Virus record (IMG/VR): IMGVR_UViG_3300010376_000866
Coordinates: 1-27,400 of that record
Length of the DNA: 27,400 nt
Origin: a virus
Lineage: Duplodnaviria; Caudoviricetes
Strand: one strand, 5' to 3'
The translations under genes were made by a program, and so were the position numbers. Under the pieces are notes generated by a model. That model saw nothing but the letters and a program-made list of their open reading frames with translations, did no database searches and had not been told where the DNA came from. Positions 14,557-23,799 of the stretch are shown in pieces (the first letter of the stretch is position 1; the number at the start of each line of letters is the position of its first letter).

Positions 14557-16034
14557 TGGGCCAGAGTCTTATTGGCAAGGTGTTGAACGCCACTAAGGCT
14601 CCTGCACGTCCAATTCCGTTCAATGACCGGTACAGCGCTAGTCCAGGGGGACTGTTCGGTGCAGGGCCGCAGGATCGGTACACGCAGCTCAATGCCATGT
14701 CTGGACAGGGCACCTTGTTCGCGGTCATCCAGTTGCTGTCTACCGGAGCACAGGCTACTGGCGGCTGGAAACTCTACAGGAAGAATATTGATGGTCGTGT
14801 CCGCTACACTACTTCTGACCGTGGTAGTGATCAGAGGATGGAAGTTCTCAGGCACGCGGCCCTGAAACTTTGGAATCAACCTAATCCCTTTATGACCGGG
14901 CCAGAGTTCCGCGAGATTGGCTGGCAGCATCTCGAACTCGTGGGCGAGTGGTACTGGGTAATGAATCGAGGCGTCAGTGGTAAGCAAGTCCCGACGGAGA
15001 TGTGGCCAGTGCGGCCGGATCGAATGGAGCCTGTCCCTCACCCTAAGAATTTCCTTTCCGGGTATGTCTATACGGGACCGAATGGTGAGCAGGTTCCTCT
15101 CCTTCACTCGGAAGTCATCCAGATCAAATATCCGAATCCAATGGATATCTATCGAGGGCTTTCAGCTGTGCAGGCCCTGCTGGCTGACATTGACAGCGCA
15201 AAATACACTGCGGAGTGGAGCAGGAACTTTTTCCTCAACTCCGCTACTCCCGGCGGAATTGTTCAATTCAACAAGCGACTAACTGATCCAGAATTCAATG
15301 AGTTTGTCTCCAGGTGGCGAGAGCAGCATCAGGGCGTAGCAAGGGGGCATCGTGTTGGGGTTCTTGAACAGGGCGCGGTATGGGTCCCGAACACATATAC
15401 CATGCGAGACATGCAATTCATTGAACTACGACGGCTTGCCGCGAACAACATCCGCGAGGCTTATCGTATTCACCCCAGCATGCTTGGAATGGTCGAGGAT
15501 GTCAACCGGGCGAATGCGGAGACGGCCGAGGAAGTCCATATCAGGTGGCACGAGGTCACAAGGCTGAAGCGGCTCCGGTCGATCCTGAATCACAAGTACA
15601 TGGAGTTTTTCGCCAACACCGATGTAGAGTTTGACTTTGATGATCCATCGCCGGCCAGCGCAGCGGACGCCAATGACGAACTCACGGCTAAGTCAAACGC
15701 GGCGAAACTACTGAGGGAGGCAGGCTGGGACCCGGATGATGTGCTAGAAGTTGTGGGCCTGCCGGCAATGCGATACTCGGGGCCGCCCGCCCCTGCGATC
15801 GGTGGTCAACCCGGTCAGGGCAGTCTCGGCGCACCGGCAGCGCGCCCGGCTCTGCCGGCAGGTCGTAACAACCAGCCTGCTCGTCGGTCTGAGTATGAGG
15901 GGACCGAGGGGGATCAGTCCCAGAATCATAGCCAGAACAAGTGGGACCGAGGCGTGATTGACTTTGATCTCGCGGGCATGCTCCGCGAAAGCGTGCAGGA
16001 CGCCATCCTGCTAAACTCAGTTGGGAGTAGATGA
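14556..16034 (+). CDS. Portal protein, HK97 family
   Basis: L..QPNPFMT..EF, WPVRPDRM, YRGLSAV, NFFLNSATPGGIV, VLEQG motifs. Confidence 0.93.
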   Translation: MGQSLIGKVLNATKAPARPIPFNDRYSASPGGLFGAGPQDRYTQLNAMSGQGTLFAVIQLLSTGAQATGGWKLYRKNIDGRVRYTTSDRGSDQRMEVLRHAALKLWNQPNPFMTGPEFREIGWQHLELVGEWYWVMNRGVSGKQVPTEMWPVRPDRMEPVPHPKNFLSGYVYTGPNGEQVPLLHSEVIQIKYPNPMDIYRGLSAVQALLADIDSAKYTAEWSRNFFLNSATPGGIVQFNKRLTDPEFNEFVSRWREQHQGVARGHRVGVLEQGAVWVPNTYTMRDMQFIELRRLAANNIREAYRIHPSMLGMVEDVNRANAETAEEVHIRWHEVTRLKRLRSILNHKYMEFFANTDVEFDFDDPSPASAADANDELTAKSNAAKLLREAGWDPDDVLEVVGLPAMRYSGPPAPAIGGQPGQGSLGAPAARPALPAGRNNQPARRSEYEGTEGDQSQNHSQNKWDRGVIDFDLAGMLRESVQDAILLNSVGSR

Positions 16035-16037
16035 GAT

Positions 16038-17387
16038 ATGTCTCGTAATACTCCCTGGCGCACCACCAGGTCGCTGATGGCACTCCACAGGGGAGGGCCG
16101 GGCACTGACTGGTACAGAATCAAGAACCAGGTCAGTGGCGGTCCAACCCAGGTGCACATCTACGATGAGATCGGCTACTTTGGCGTCGGTGCCATGGCGC
16201 TGATCCGCGACCTGGCGGACGTACAGGGACCGATCGACGTCCACATCAACTCGCCAGGTGGCGAGGTGTTTGAGGGGCTGACCATCTACAATGCTCTGAT
16301 GCAGCGTAAGGATGTTACCGTCTACATTGATGGTCTCTGCGCTTCCATCGCTTCTGTCATCGCAATGGCCGGTAATCCAGTGCTCATGGCGCGCCAAGGC
16401 ACGCTGATGATTCACGAGGGGCACGCCATGGCTATTGGCAACGCTCAGGACCTTCGGGACCTGGCGGAGCAGGTTGATCGGCAGTCCAACAACATCGCCA
16501 CCATATACAGTGAGCACACCGGCAAGCCAGTTGCTTTCTGGCGTGATCTGATGAAGGCCGAAACTTGGATGTCGGCTGACGAGGCCATCGGCCACGGCCT
16601 GGTTGACAGGCTGGTTGACTCTGGGGCAGGAAGGGTCCCTGCGGCTGTCAGCGACAGCTGGGACCTGAGTCAGTTTCGGAACTCGACCAAGCTAACCAAT
16701 ACGCGTAATGCGGCGAGCCACCCGTATGTCGGCCATAGCGATCACATGCACGAGCCGATGCGGGGGCTCCACTCACACAACCATGCTGCCTTCGGGCACG
16801 AGGATGGCGATGACGGTATCCACAATCACTCGCACAGCCATGACGGAGATGCCTCTCACGGCCACGGTCATGTTACGCATGTACATGATCACGAGCACGA
16901 AGGGGAGCACATCCATGCTCATGACGCGGGCGAGAATGACTGGGGAGAGCACGGTCACGCGCACACGCACCACGCTGGATTCAATGACCATGACGGTGAT
17001 GAGGGCATGGAGAATAAGAACTCCAGTGCCGTATACAACCGTTCCAACGCTCTGCTTTTGGCTAAGTATCCCGAGGCGCGGTTCTATGCCAAGGACTACA
17101 GCCAGGATGAGCGTGACTCTATGGCCAAGTCGGGCGAGGCTTTGTCTGACGGGTCCTATCCCATCAAGACTTGCACGGACGCGCACAACGCCCGGCAGGC
17201 CTATGGGCGTTCCAACGAGGGTGACCGTAGCAAGGTCGCCTCTCACATCCGTAGTCGTGAGAAGGCATTGGGCGGGTGCGGTCGCGAGCCGTTCCAGTCC
17301 GGCACTGACGACTCCACAGACCTGGTCATCGATGACGCCTTCATGACCAGTTTCCAGAACAGCCTACGGGCACTGAGAGGAGTGTAG
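16038..17387 (+). CDS. ClpP-type prohead protease with His-rich insert and C-terminal extra domain
   Basis: VHINSPGGEVFEG, GLCASIAS (Ser), MIHE (His), ETWMSADEA; His tract 16719-16991. Confidence 0.92.
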   Translation: MSRNTPWRTTRSLMALHRGGPGTDWYRIKNQVSGGPTQVHIYDEIGYFGVGAMALIRDLADVQGPIDVHINSPGGEVFEGLTIYNALMQRKDVTVYIDGLCASIASVIAMAGNPVLMARQGTLMIHEGHAMAIGNAQDLRDLAEQVDRQSNNIATIYSEHTGKPVAFWRDLMKAETWMSADEAIGHGLVDRLVDSGAGRVPAAVSDSWDLSQFRNSTKLTNTRNAASHPYVGHSDHMHEPMRGLHSHNHAAFGHEDGDDGIHNHSHSHDGDASHGHGHVTHVHDHEHEGEHIHAHDAGENDWGEHGHAHTHHAGFNDHDGDEGMENKNSSAVYNRSNALLLAKYPEARFYAKDYSQDERDSMAKSGEALSDGSYPIKTCTDAHNARQAYGRSNEGDRSKVASHIRSREKALGGCGREPFQSGTDDSTDLVIDDAFMTSFQNSLRALRGV

Positions 17388-17390
17388 TAC

Positions 17391-18809
17391 ATGGCGCCAA
17401 CCAAGGTCCGGACGGCTGAGGAACTGGAGGATTTCATCTCCGACCCGTCCAACGTCCGGAAGCTCATGAGCGAGCCTGGAGAGTTCAAGAACTATATCCA
17501 GGAGTACGCACAGAGGATCGTGGACCGCGATGTGGCCATGAAGAACCAGGTCACGGAGCAGGTCCAGCTGACCATGCAGGAGTTCCTGCGTGACAACGGC
17601 TTTGAGCGCGAGCGGCGTCTGGACATCAGCAACAATGTTCAGGCCCCCGGCTTCGGCATGGCTAACAACCAGCGGCGTGTCTCGCATGGCAAGGGGGCCG
17701 TCTACAACAAGGCGTCCTACGGCGCCAAGGTCGAGCAGGAGATGGGCTCGGATGCATTCGAGTCTACTGCTGAGTTCTTCCAGGCCTGCTGGCCGCGCTA
17801 TGAGACGCTGCGCAACGCTGAGACACTTGGTCGCAAGCGTGCGGCGGCTCTCAAAATCCAGAACAGCTACGGCTCTGAGGTTCCCGCTGACGGTGGGTTC
17901 CTGATTCCGGAGACGCTGCGATCTGGCATCCTTCAGGTCGCACTGGAGTCGGCGGTTGTCCGGCCCCGTGCGCAGGTCATCCCGATGGACTCGCTCCGTG
18001 TGCCCATCCCGATGATCGATGTGACAAGCAACGTGTCCAGCATCTTCGGAGGCGTGGTTTGCTACTGGACAGAAGAGGCCGCGCAGCTTGTCGAGTCTCA
18101 GGCCACCTTCGGCCGCGTCGTCCTTGACGCCAAGAAGCTGACTGGGTATGCTGAAGTGCCGAACGAGCTGCTTGCGGACGCCCCGGCGTTCTCCAGCTTC
18201 TTCGACAACGTCTTCCCCAGGGCTATCGCCTGGTTCGAGGACATCGGATTCATCACCGGAACCGGCGTGGGGGAGCCTCTGGGCTTCGTCAACTGCCCGG
18301 CTTCCGTCGCGGTTGCTTCTGAGTCCGGCCAGGCCACGAAGACCATCGTCTGGGAGAACATCGTCAAGATGTACGCCCGCATGCTTCCGACGGCTCTGGG
18401 CTCGGCGGTCTGGATTGCTTCCATCGATACCTTCCCTGAGCTGGCCACTATGGCTCTTTCGGTTGGTACTGGTGGCGGACCGGTCTGGATCGGCAACTTC
18501 GCCGGTGGCCAGGGCGGTGCGCAGTCCCCGCCTGTCACGATCCTCGGGCGGCCGGTGTTCTTCACTGAGAAGACCCCGGCTCTTGGCACCACGGGTGACA
18601 TCAACTTCGTGGACTTGTCGTACTACCTCATCGGCGACCGCCAGATGATGCAGACGGCATCGAGCGAGCAGTACAAGTTCCAGAATGACAAGACCGCGTT
18701 CCGTGTCATCGAGCGTGTTGACGGGCGTCCGTGGTTGCAGTCAGCCATCACTCCCCACAACAACAGCACCAACACCCTCACTGCGTTCGTCCAGCTTGCC
18801 AGCCGGTAA
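17391..18809 (+). CDS. Major capsid protein (HK97 fold, N-terminal scaffold region)
   Basis: DGGFLIPE, WTEEA, LDAKKL, GTGVGEPLG, TILGRPV, DLSYYLIGDR, RVDGRP. Confidence 0.95.
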   Translation: MAPTKVRTAEELEDFISDPSNVRKLMSEPGEFKNYIQEYAQRIVDRDVAMKNQVTEQVQLTMQEFLRDNGFERERRLDISNNVQAPGFGMANNQRRVSHGKGAVYNKASYGAKVEQEMGSDAFESTAEFFQACWPRYETLRNAETLGRKRAAALKIQNSYGSEVPADGGFLIPETLRSGILQVALESAVVRPRAQVIPMDSLRVPIPMIDVTSNVSSIFGGVVCYWTEEAAQLVESQATFGRVVLDAKKLTGYAEVPNELLADAPAFSSFFDNVFPRAIAWFEDIGFITGTGVGEPLGFVNCPASVAVASESGQATKTIVWENIVKMYARMLPTALGSAVWIASIDTFPELATMALSVGTGGGPVWIGNFAGGQGGAQSPPVTILGRPVFFTEKTPALGTTGDINFVDLSYYLIGDRQMMQTASSEQYKFQNDKTAFRVIERVDGRPWLQSAITPHNNSTNTLTAFVQLASR

Positions 18810-18887
18810 GCTGTAACCTCGTCCGTACCCTACGGGGAGTAGGACAAATCCGCCGGCATTCACACCCCGGCAGGAAGGTAGCCAGAA

Positions 18888-19367
18888 GTGGCAGGAATGG
18901 AAGCACTGGGAAGGTTGAACAACCTGGTGCACATGAACATCTCGACCAACGTGGTGTTCAAGATGCGAGGCCAGAGCGTCGTCATGTTCTTTGTGACCGG
19001 CGCAACGGCCGTCCTCACCCTTGCTCAGGACAGCACCTTCGGTGGCTCGTTCTCGACCGCACTTGCGGCTATCAAGAACGTGTACTGGAGGGCCTCTCCG
19101 GGCGACGGCACCGTGGTATGGAACAAGCTAACTTATGTCAACGGCACTGCGCCGTTCGGCTCGGGTCCGCTTTCCACCTACACCCACGGTACCACCACGG
19201 GCCTCACCACGGCCGTGACAACCTGTGCGCAGGTGTTCACATCTGAGATGTCAGACCCGTTCAACTACATCAAGGCGACGGTCAGCGGCTCCGGCAACAT
19301 GACCATCGTCACGGCTGACCTGGTGCACCAGCGTGCCCCGGCCAACCTTGAGATCATCTCGGCGTAA
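18888..19367 (+). CDS. Virion protein (possible capsid decoration protein)
   Basis: Beta-rich, directly after MCP; exact start 18888 or 18897. Confidence 0.7.
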   Translation: MAGMEALGRLNNLVHMNISTNVVFKMRGQSVVMFFVTGATAVLTLAQDSTFGGSFSTALAAIKNVYWRASPGDGTVVWNKLTYVNGTAPFGSGPLSTYTHGTTTGLTTAVTTCAQVFTSEMSDPFNYIKATVSGSGNMTIVTADLVHQRAPANLEIISA

Positions 19368-19370
19368 GCC

Positions 19371-19859
19371 ATGGGGACCACCGCCAGGGCATTCAACCTA
19401 CGCGATTTGAGCCAGCACGGCAAGGCTGAGATTTCCAGGTACAACGCGAACGTCGGTAAGACCCTGCCGGCGTCCACGACTGGGAACCTGTTCACCGTCA
19501 CTGGCTCCATCGTGGTCCACGGCCTGATCGGGGTGGTAAGCACGATCCTGCAGGCAGTCAACGTTAGCCCGACGCTGGGTTATACAAACAACCCGGCAGC
19601 AATCGCGGCTGCGCCGGCAGCGCCGTACAACGGCACAGCAGTGGGCAGCGTTATCGAGATGCCGCTCACTCTGGGCGGTGCGCTTCCTGCACCGGTCACG
19701 TCTACCGGTACGGCTGTTGCTGCCGCCGGCTTCGTCGTGTCCAACACCACGATCACTATCACGACGGCATCCACTGTTACGGGTGCCATCACTTGGCTCC
19801 TCTTGTGGGAGCCGGTATTCCCCAAGTCGCTCACCTCTACCGCAGTGGCGAACAACTGA
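19371..19859 (+). CDS. Thr/Ala-rich beta virion protein, paralog 1
   Basis: LPASTTGNLFTVTG...TGAITWLLLWEP. Confidence 0.75.
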   Translation: MGTTARAFNLRDLSQHGKAEISRYNANVGKTLPASTTGNLFTVTGSIVVHGLIGVVSTILQAVNVSPTLGYTNNPAAIAAAPAAPYNGTAVGSVIEMPLTLGGALPAPVTSTGTAVAAAGFVVSNTTITITTASTVTGAITWLLLWEPVFPKSLTSTAVANN

Positions 19860-20332
19860 TGTCCGCCAAACAACTCGTTGTGCCGGGAGTCCAGGTCGTC
19901 AAGAGCGCCCTGGCACTCCCGGCTACGGCCACAGCCAACTTGTTTGTGGTTACGGGCGCTGTCCTGGTAACGGGAATTCTCGGCCGCGTGACCACTGCAA
20001 CAGGCGCCACGGCGACTACGCTAGCGCTTGGGACTACTGGTTCAACCACAACCTCCCTCGCGACAGCTACCGCCATAACGAGCAAGGCAGCAGGCACCTG
20101 GATCTATCAGACTATTGCCTCTACCGCGTTCGCGGCGCTTACGGTAGTATCCGCCCCAGCGCCGCTAATTACCACGTATCCGGTTTCTGGAGAACTTCAG
20201 CTGCCTGGTCTTGTGGCGCCCTTCCTGATAGCAAATGATACCATCACCTGGACTACCTCGGCGACGGACACAGGTAACATAACTTGGTACTTGTGGTACG
20301 CGCCGATTGACGCGGGAGCGGGGGTTGCCTGA
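19859..20332 (+). CDS. Thr/Ala-rich beta virion protein, paralog 2
   Basis: TGATG coupling; LPATATANLFVVTG...TGNITWYLWYAP. Confidence 0.75.
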   Translation: MSAKQLVVPGVQVVKSALALPATATANLFVVTGAVLVTGILGRVTTATGATATTLALGTTGSTTTSLATATAITSKAAGTWIYQTIASTAFAALTVVSAPAPLITTYPVSGELQLPGLVAPFLIANDTITWTTSATDTGNITWYLWYAPIDAGAGVA

Positions 20333-20505
20333 TGTGGGATTGTGAACACTGCGGCTGCCAGGCAATCGCAGGGAGTCTGGAGGATTGTCCTGTGTGCTGG
20401 AAGCCGAAGGGGTCTGCGGCGGTTCTGGCCGTAGAGGAGACTCCTGCGGAATCCACGGAAGTACCCGCTGGCAACGGCACATCTGATGACAAGAAAGGAT
20501 GGTGA
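20332..20505 (+). CDS. Small zinc-ribbon protein (RanBP2-like spacing, 57 aa)
   Basis: Below cutoff; TGATG coupling; MWDCEHCGCQAIAGSLEDCPVCWKPK. Confidence 0.7.
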   Translation: MWDCEHCGCQAIAGSLEDCPVCWKPKGSAAVLAVEETPAESTEVPAGNGTSDDKKGW

Positions 20506-20510
20506 CCCAG

Positions 20511-20657
20511 ATGGCAAAGATTACCGCTTGGGGAATCACCAACAACCAGGTGAACAACGAGCCACAGTCGGCTAATGCAGCAAACAGCCAGGTCAGCGAG
20601 GCTGTTGCTCATACCGGCAAGGTCCACCTGATCGCTTCGCAGGCAAGGCCATCCTAG
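20511..20657 (+). CDS. Hypothetical protein (48 aa)
   Basis: Below cutoff; MAKITAWGITNNQ...; GGATGGTGA upstream; fills the gap exactly. Confidence 0.6.
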   Translation: MAKITAWGITNNQVNNEPQSANAANSQVSEAVAHTGKVHLIASQARPS

Positions 20658-20658
20658 C

Positions 20659-21225
20659 ATGCCGAGCGCGACCGATGCTGGAGCCGCTAACGGCCTTGAG
20701 GCCAAGTGGGCTCAGTACTATGCAGACAATGCACCACCGGAGCCGGTGATGCAGCAGGCACCTGAGGAGGAGCCATCAGCTGGTACCAGCTCCTTGACAT
20801 CCGCAAGCACGCCCGACAAGAGTGGATCCTCAGCCCAGGCAACGGAATCACCCCTCCAGTCGCCTGCCCCCGCTGCGGAGAACCCCTCCTCAACGGACCA
20901 ACCAGCGGACCCAGCCCCATCCTCTACTGCCGATTTGACTTCTGGCAGTACCCAAGAGACTGGACCCAGCCCAGCCGACCAGCCGGACTCTTCGGTGGAC
21001 TCTCCAGCGAAGACAGAAACTACGCCGGCCCCTACTGACGACGCACCAAGGCTCATGGCCGAAGGACTTGTCGATGACGCCCGTACGGCGTACAACAACA
21101 AGGACTACGCCCTGGCCAATGATCTGATCAACAAGGCAGAGCAGGTCTATCCACAGATAGCAGAGACCACCGGCGCGGCTCACAAGGCCATCGACGCGGC
21201 TCTGGCTCAGCCCAAGACAATTTAA
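20659..21225 (+). CDS. Hypothetical protein with Ser/Pro/Thr-rich middle and helical C-terminus
   Basis: 188-aa ORF; the low-complexity part coincides with the nested frame. Confidence 0.65.
   Translation: MPSATDAGAANGLEAKWAQYYADNAPPEPVMQQAPEEEPSAGTSSLTSASTPDKSGSSAQATESPLQSPAPAAENPSSTDQPADPAPSSTADLTSGSTQETGPSPADQPDSSVDSPAKTETTPAPTDDAPRLMAEGLVDDARTAYNNKDYALANDLINKAEQVYPQIAETTGAAHKAIDAALAQPKTI
20775..21038 (+). CDS. Nested overlapping zinc-ribbon-like protein with ATC start (87 aa)
   Basis: GAGGAGGAGCC-ATC; ISWYQLLDIRKHARQEW..PPVACPRCGEPL..LYCRFDFWQYPRDW; mostly C-ending codons; in-frame TGA at 20763 upstream. Confidence 0.7.
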   Translation: MSWYQLLDIRKHARQEWILSPGNGITPPVACPRCGEPLLNGPTSGPSPILYCRFDFWQYPRDWTQPSRPAGLFGGLSSEDRNYAGPY

Positions 21226-21286
21226 TAGTCAGGTTGTTCCCACGGCGGGCTTAGCCGCGCCGACGCCAAGACAGCAAGGGACAGGA

Positions 21287-22390
21287 ATGGCCGTCATCAC
21301 TAGGCCGTGCTATTGCACGCGCGAAGAGGCACGCCGCGCGGCAGACATTCAGCTGGCGTCCTACTCAGACGCTAAGCTCGACCGGGCGATTCATTCTGCG
21401 TCGTCTGATGTCGACAGGTTGTGCATGCGCAACTTCATGCTGATTGACAAGACGGTCCACTTTGACTGGCCAAACTACCAGTATGCTTATCCCTGGCGTC
21501 TCTGGTTCGACGCGGCTGAGCTAGCTGATGTAACGGTAAACCCTCCTGTGGTTAATTCCGGCGGGGTTGTAATCCCGAACTCGGCGATATTCTGGGGCGA
21601 CCCAAACTACCCTGAGCCACCTTTCACATACTTGGAACTGGACCGATCCAAGAACTACAGCTTTGGTAATGGGCCGACCCCGCAGCGTGAAGTTGCCATC
21701 ACTGGCTCTTTCGGATACTGGCGGGTTACTGAGCAGGCCGGTACGCTCGCTGCAGCTATTACTGATACAGTCAGTCAATCTGTCACTGTTAGCGACGGGC
21801 ACACCCCTGGTGTCGGCGACATGATGTTTGTCGACAACGAGCGCATGCTGGTGACCAACTCAAGTTTTGCTAGCTTGAGTCTGGGATTCACGGCCGGCAT
21901 AACCTCTGCCTTTGCTTCTGATAACAGCGGGACTACTGCTGCGACCCTGGTCCCTGATGAGGTTATCTCGGTTGATCAGGAGTTCATGTTGGTGCAGCAG
22001 GTTAGCCCCTTCCTTGTAATCAAAAGAGCTTGGGGCGGTTCGACGCTAGCTAGTCACGCTGCAAACACACCGATCTATGCTAGGCGACAGCTCACAGTTA
22101 ACAGAGGTGTGAACGGGAGCACGGCTGCTACCCACAGCAACTCTGCTGCCGTTAGCATATTGTCGATTCCTGCCCCGGTCAAGCAACTTGCGATAGCTGA
22201 ATCCATCGTGTTTCTGACGCAAGAGGCTAGCTCCTATAGCGCAATCCAGACCCGTGTGTCCGAGGATAGCGCACTGGGCGGTACCGGCCGCTCGGCTATC
22301 CGCGAGCCACAGCCGGGAGCCGGACTGGACACCTTGAGATTTGAGGTTGTCCAGGGCTACGGACGGCAGGCAAGGAGTCGAGTGATATGA
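21287..22390 (+). CDS. Head-to-tail adaptor with inserted beta domains
   Basis: YCTREE..LDRAIHSAS..VDRLCMRNF, ITGSFGY, PAPVKQLA; duplicated VD.E.MLV / R...GST.A.H inserts. Confidence 0.75.
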   Translation: MAVITRPCYCTREEARRAADIQLASYSDAKLDRAIHSASSDVDRLCMRNFMLIDKTVHFDWPNYQYAYPWRLWFDAAELADVTVNPPVVNSGGVVIPNSAIFWGDPNYPEPPFTYLELDRSKNYSFGNGPTPQREVAITGSFGYWRVTEQAGTLAAAITDTVSQSVTVSDGHTPGVGDMMFVDNERMLVTNSSFASLSLGFTAGITSAFASDNSGTTAATLVPDEVISVDQEFMLVQQVSPFLVIKRAWGGSTLASHAANTPIYARRQLTVNRGVNGSTAATHSNSAAVSILSIPAPVKQLAIAESIVFLTQEASSYSAIQTRVSEDSALGGTGRSAIREPQPGAGLDTLRFEVVQGYGRQARSRVI

Positions 22391-22737
22391 CGAAGGCAAT
22401 CCTGATTGGCATATCGTCTGCTTGCTTTGTGATACTCTTCTGGGTTGGGATGTACTTCCTCTTCAAGGTAACTGGCGGCGAAAATCAGGCCAGTGGGATG
22501 TACGGTTTCACGTCTGGCCCCGGTCCCATGATCCTGACTGCTATCGGGATGGGTTCTATCGTGGGTAGTCTCTGGCACAACCTGAACTGCCATAAGCCTG
22601 GTTGCTGGAACATGGGGAAGCACAAGGTCAACGGGACCCCGTGGTGTAACGTACATCATGAAGAGGCTAGGCACGAGAAGACCCAGGAGCAGCTGCTATC
22701 TGAAATTCTGGAGGTGCTACGTGCCGATAGAGGGTAA
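22387..22737 (+). CDS. Two-TM membrane protein with Cys/His C-terminal motif
   Basis: ATGA overlap; NCHKPGCWNMGKH..WCNVHH. Confidence 0.75.
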   Translation: MTKAILIGISSACFVILFWVGMYFLFKVTGGENQASGMYGFTSGPGPMILTAIGMGSIVGSLWHNLNCHKPGCWNMGKHKVNGTPWCNVHHEEARHEKTQEQLLSEILEVLRADRG

Positions 22738-23098
22738 CAAGACTGGCCATCGCAATATGGCCGTAGTTTGCTGGGTAGCCTCCTGGATTCTGGCTATCGT
22801 CGGGGGCATGCTGTTTGCTGTGTTTGAGAACATTGGATGGGACCGGGGGATCTACTGGGCCCTGACAACTGTTACCACAGTGGGGTACGGCGACATAACT
22901 CCTCACAACTTGATGGGATATGTAATTGCCGACTCGACTATGGTACTGACTATTCCGATCTGGTCTGTAGCCATAGCATTCGCTACCTCGTGGTTTACAT
23001 CCTGGCACATCTGGGATTCTCATGATCAGCAGATTGCTGATCGAAGAAACATGCACGAGCAGACGCAAGCGCACATCTCCTCGGTGGTGAACCCTTGA
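22721..23098 (+). CDS. Two-TM potassium channel (KcsA-like, Ion_trans_2)
   Basis: GGAGG-6nt-GTG; TM1, pore helix IYWALTTVT, filter TVGYGD (22877-22894), TM2. Confidence 0.9.
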   Translation: MPIEGNKTGHRNMAVVCWVASWILAIVGGMLFAVFENIGWDRGIYWALTTVTTVGYGDITPHNLMGYVIADSTMVLTIPIWSVAIAFATSWFTSWHIWDSHDQQIADRRNMHEQTQAHISSVVNP

Positions 23099-23523
23099 GG
23101 ATCACATTCGATGTAGACGCGCACGGCCCGATTTTCAAAGGTCTGGCACCTCTGATTATGGAGAGGGCCAAGTACGCGATTACGGCCGAGCTAGGCGAGG
23201 AAGGCGTGAACATGATTCACAACTACTTGCCTACCGTGTACAAGTACCCGCATGATCCTGCGTCGCTACACGGCACCAAGCACTTTATGCCAGGTCTGTA
23301 CCAATCCGACATTCACACAGACCGGCAAACCCCGAGTATCAATCTGGTCCATGATACTCCCGTCGTATATGGGCCCTGGCTGGAAGGAGTCGGGAGCAGG
23401 AATCAGGTGACCCGGTTCAAGGGGTATCACACCTTCCGGATCATCGCACAGCAACTGGAAGCTGAAGCCGCTGCGATTGCCGACCGAGTGATCCAGCCTT
23501 TCATAGCGGAGTTGAACGGATGA
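23095..23523 (+). CDS. Neck/tail completion protein (HK97 gp10-like)
   Basis: TTGA overlap; G.YQSDI, VVYGPWLEG, FKGYHTF; position in the head-tail module. Confidence 0.7.
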   Translation: MRITFDVDAHGPIFKGLAPLIMERAKYAITAELGEEGVNMIHNYLPTVYKYPHDPASLHGTKHFMPGLYQSDIHTDRQTPSINLVHDTPVVYGPWLEGVGSRNQVTRFKGYHTFRIIAQQLEAEAAAIADRVIQPFIAELNG

Positions 23524-23798
23524 ATGATCTTTGCCTACAGTGCGTAGGGGAACACCTATCAGCACACAAATCAGAAAATGGCGAGCAGTACAACCCAAAC
23601 CGTGAGCAGCTACTAGCGGCCGGAGTTATGGAGTCTGTTACCAGCGCTCCCTCATGGCAGGGCACCATGGTAGGACCGGGTCAGCAGGTAGTTTCATGCG
23701 TGCCGACCCCGACCTGTGCAGGTCACATTGCTATTGCCGGCCCCCAGCAGACAGGCCGGAGCGGTAGCGGTCTGTTGGTTCCGGGAGGCATGAACTGA
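23520..23798 (+). CDS. Small Cys-containing hypothetical protein
   Basis: ATGA overlap; CLQC...PTCAGH. Confidence 0.65.
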   Translation: MNDLCLQCVGEHLSAHKSENGEQYNPNREQLLAAGVMESVTSAPSWQGTMVGPGQQVVSCVPTPTCAGHIAIAGPQQTGRSGSGLLVPGGMN

Positions 23799-23799
23799 C

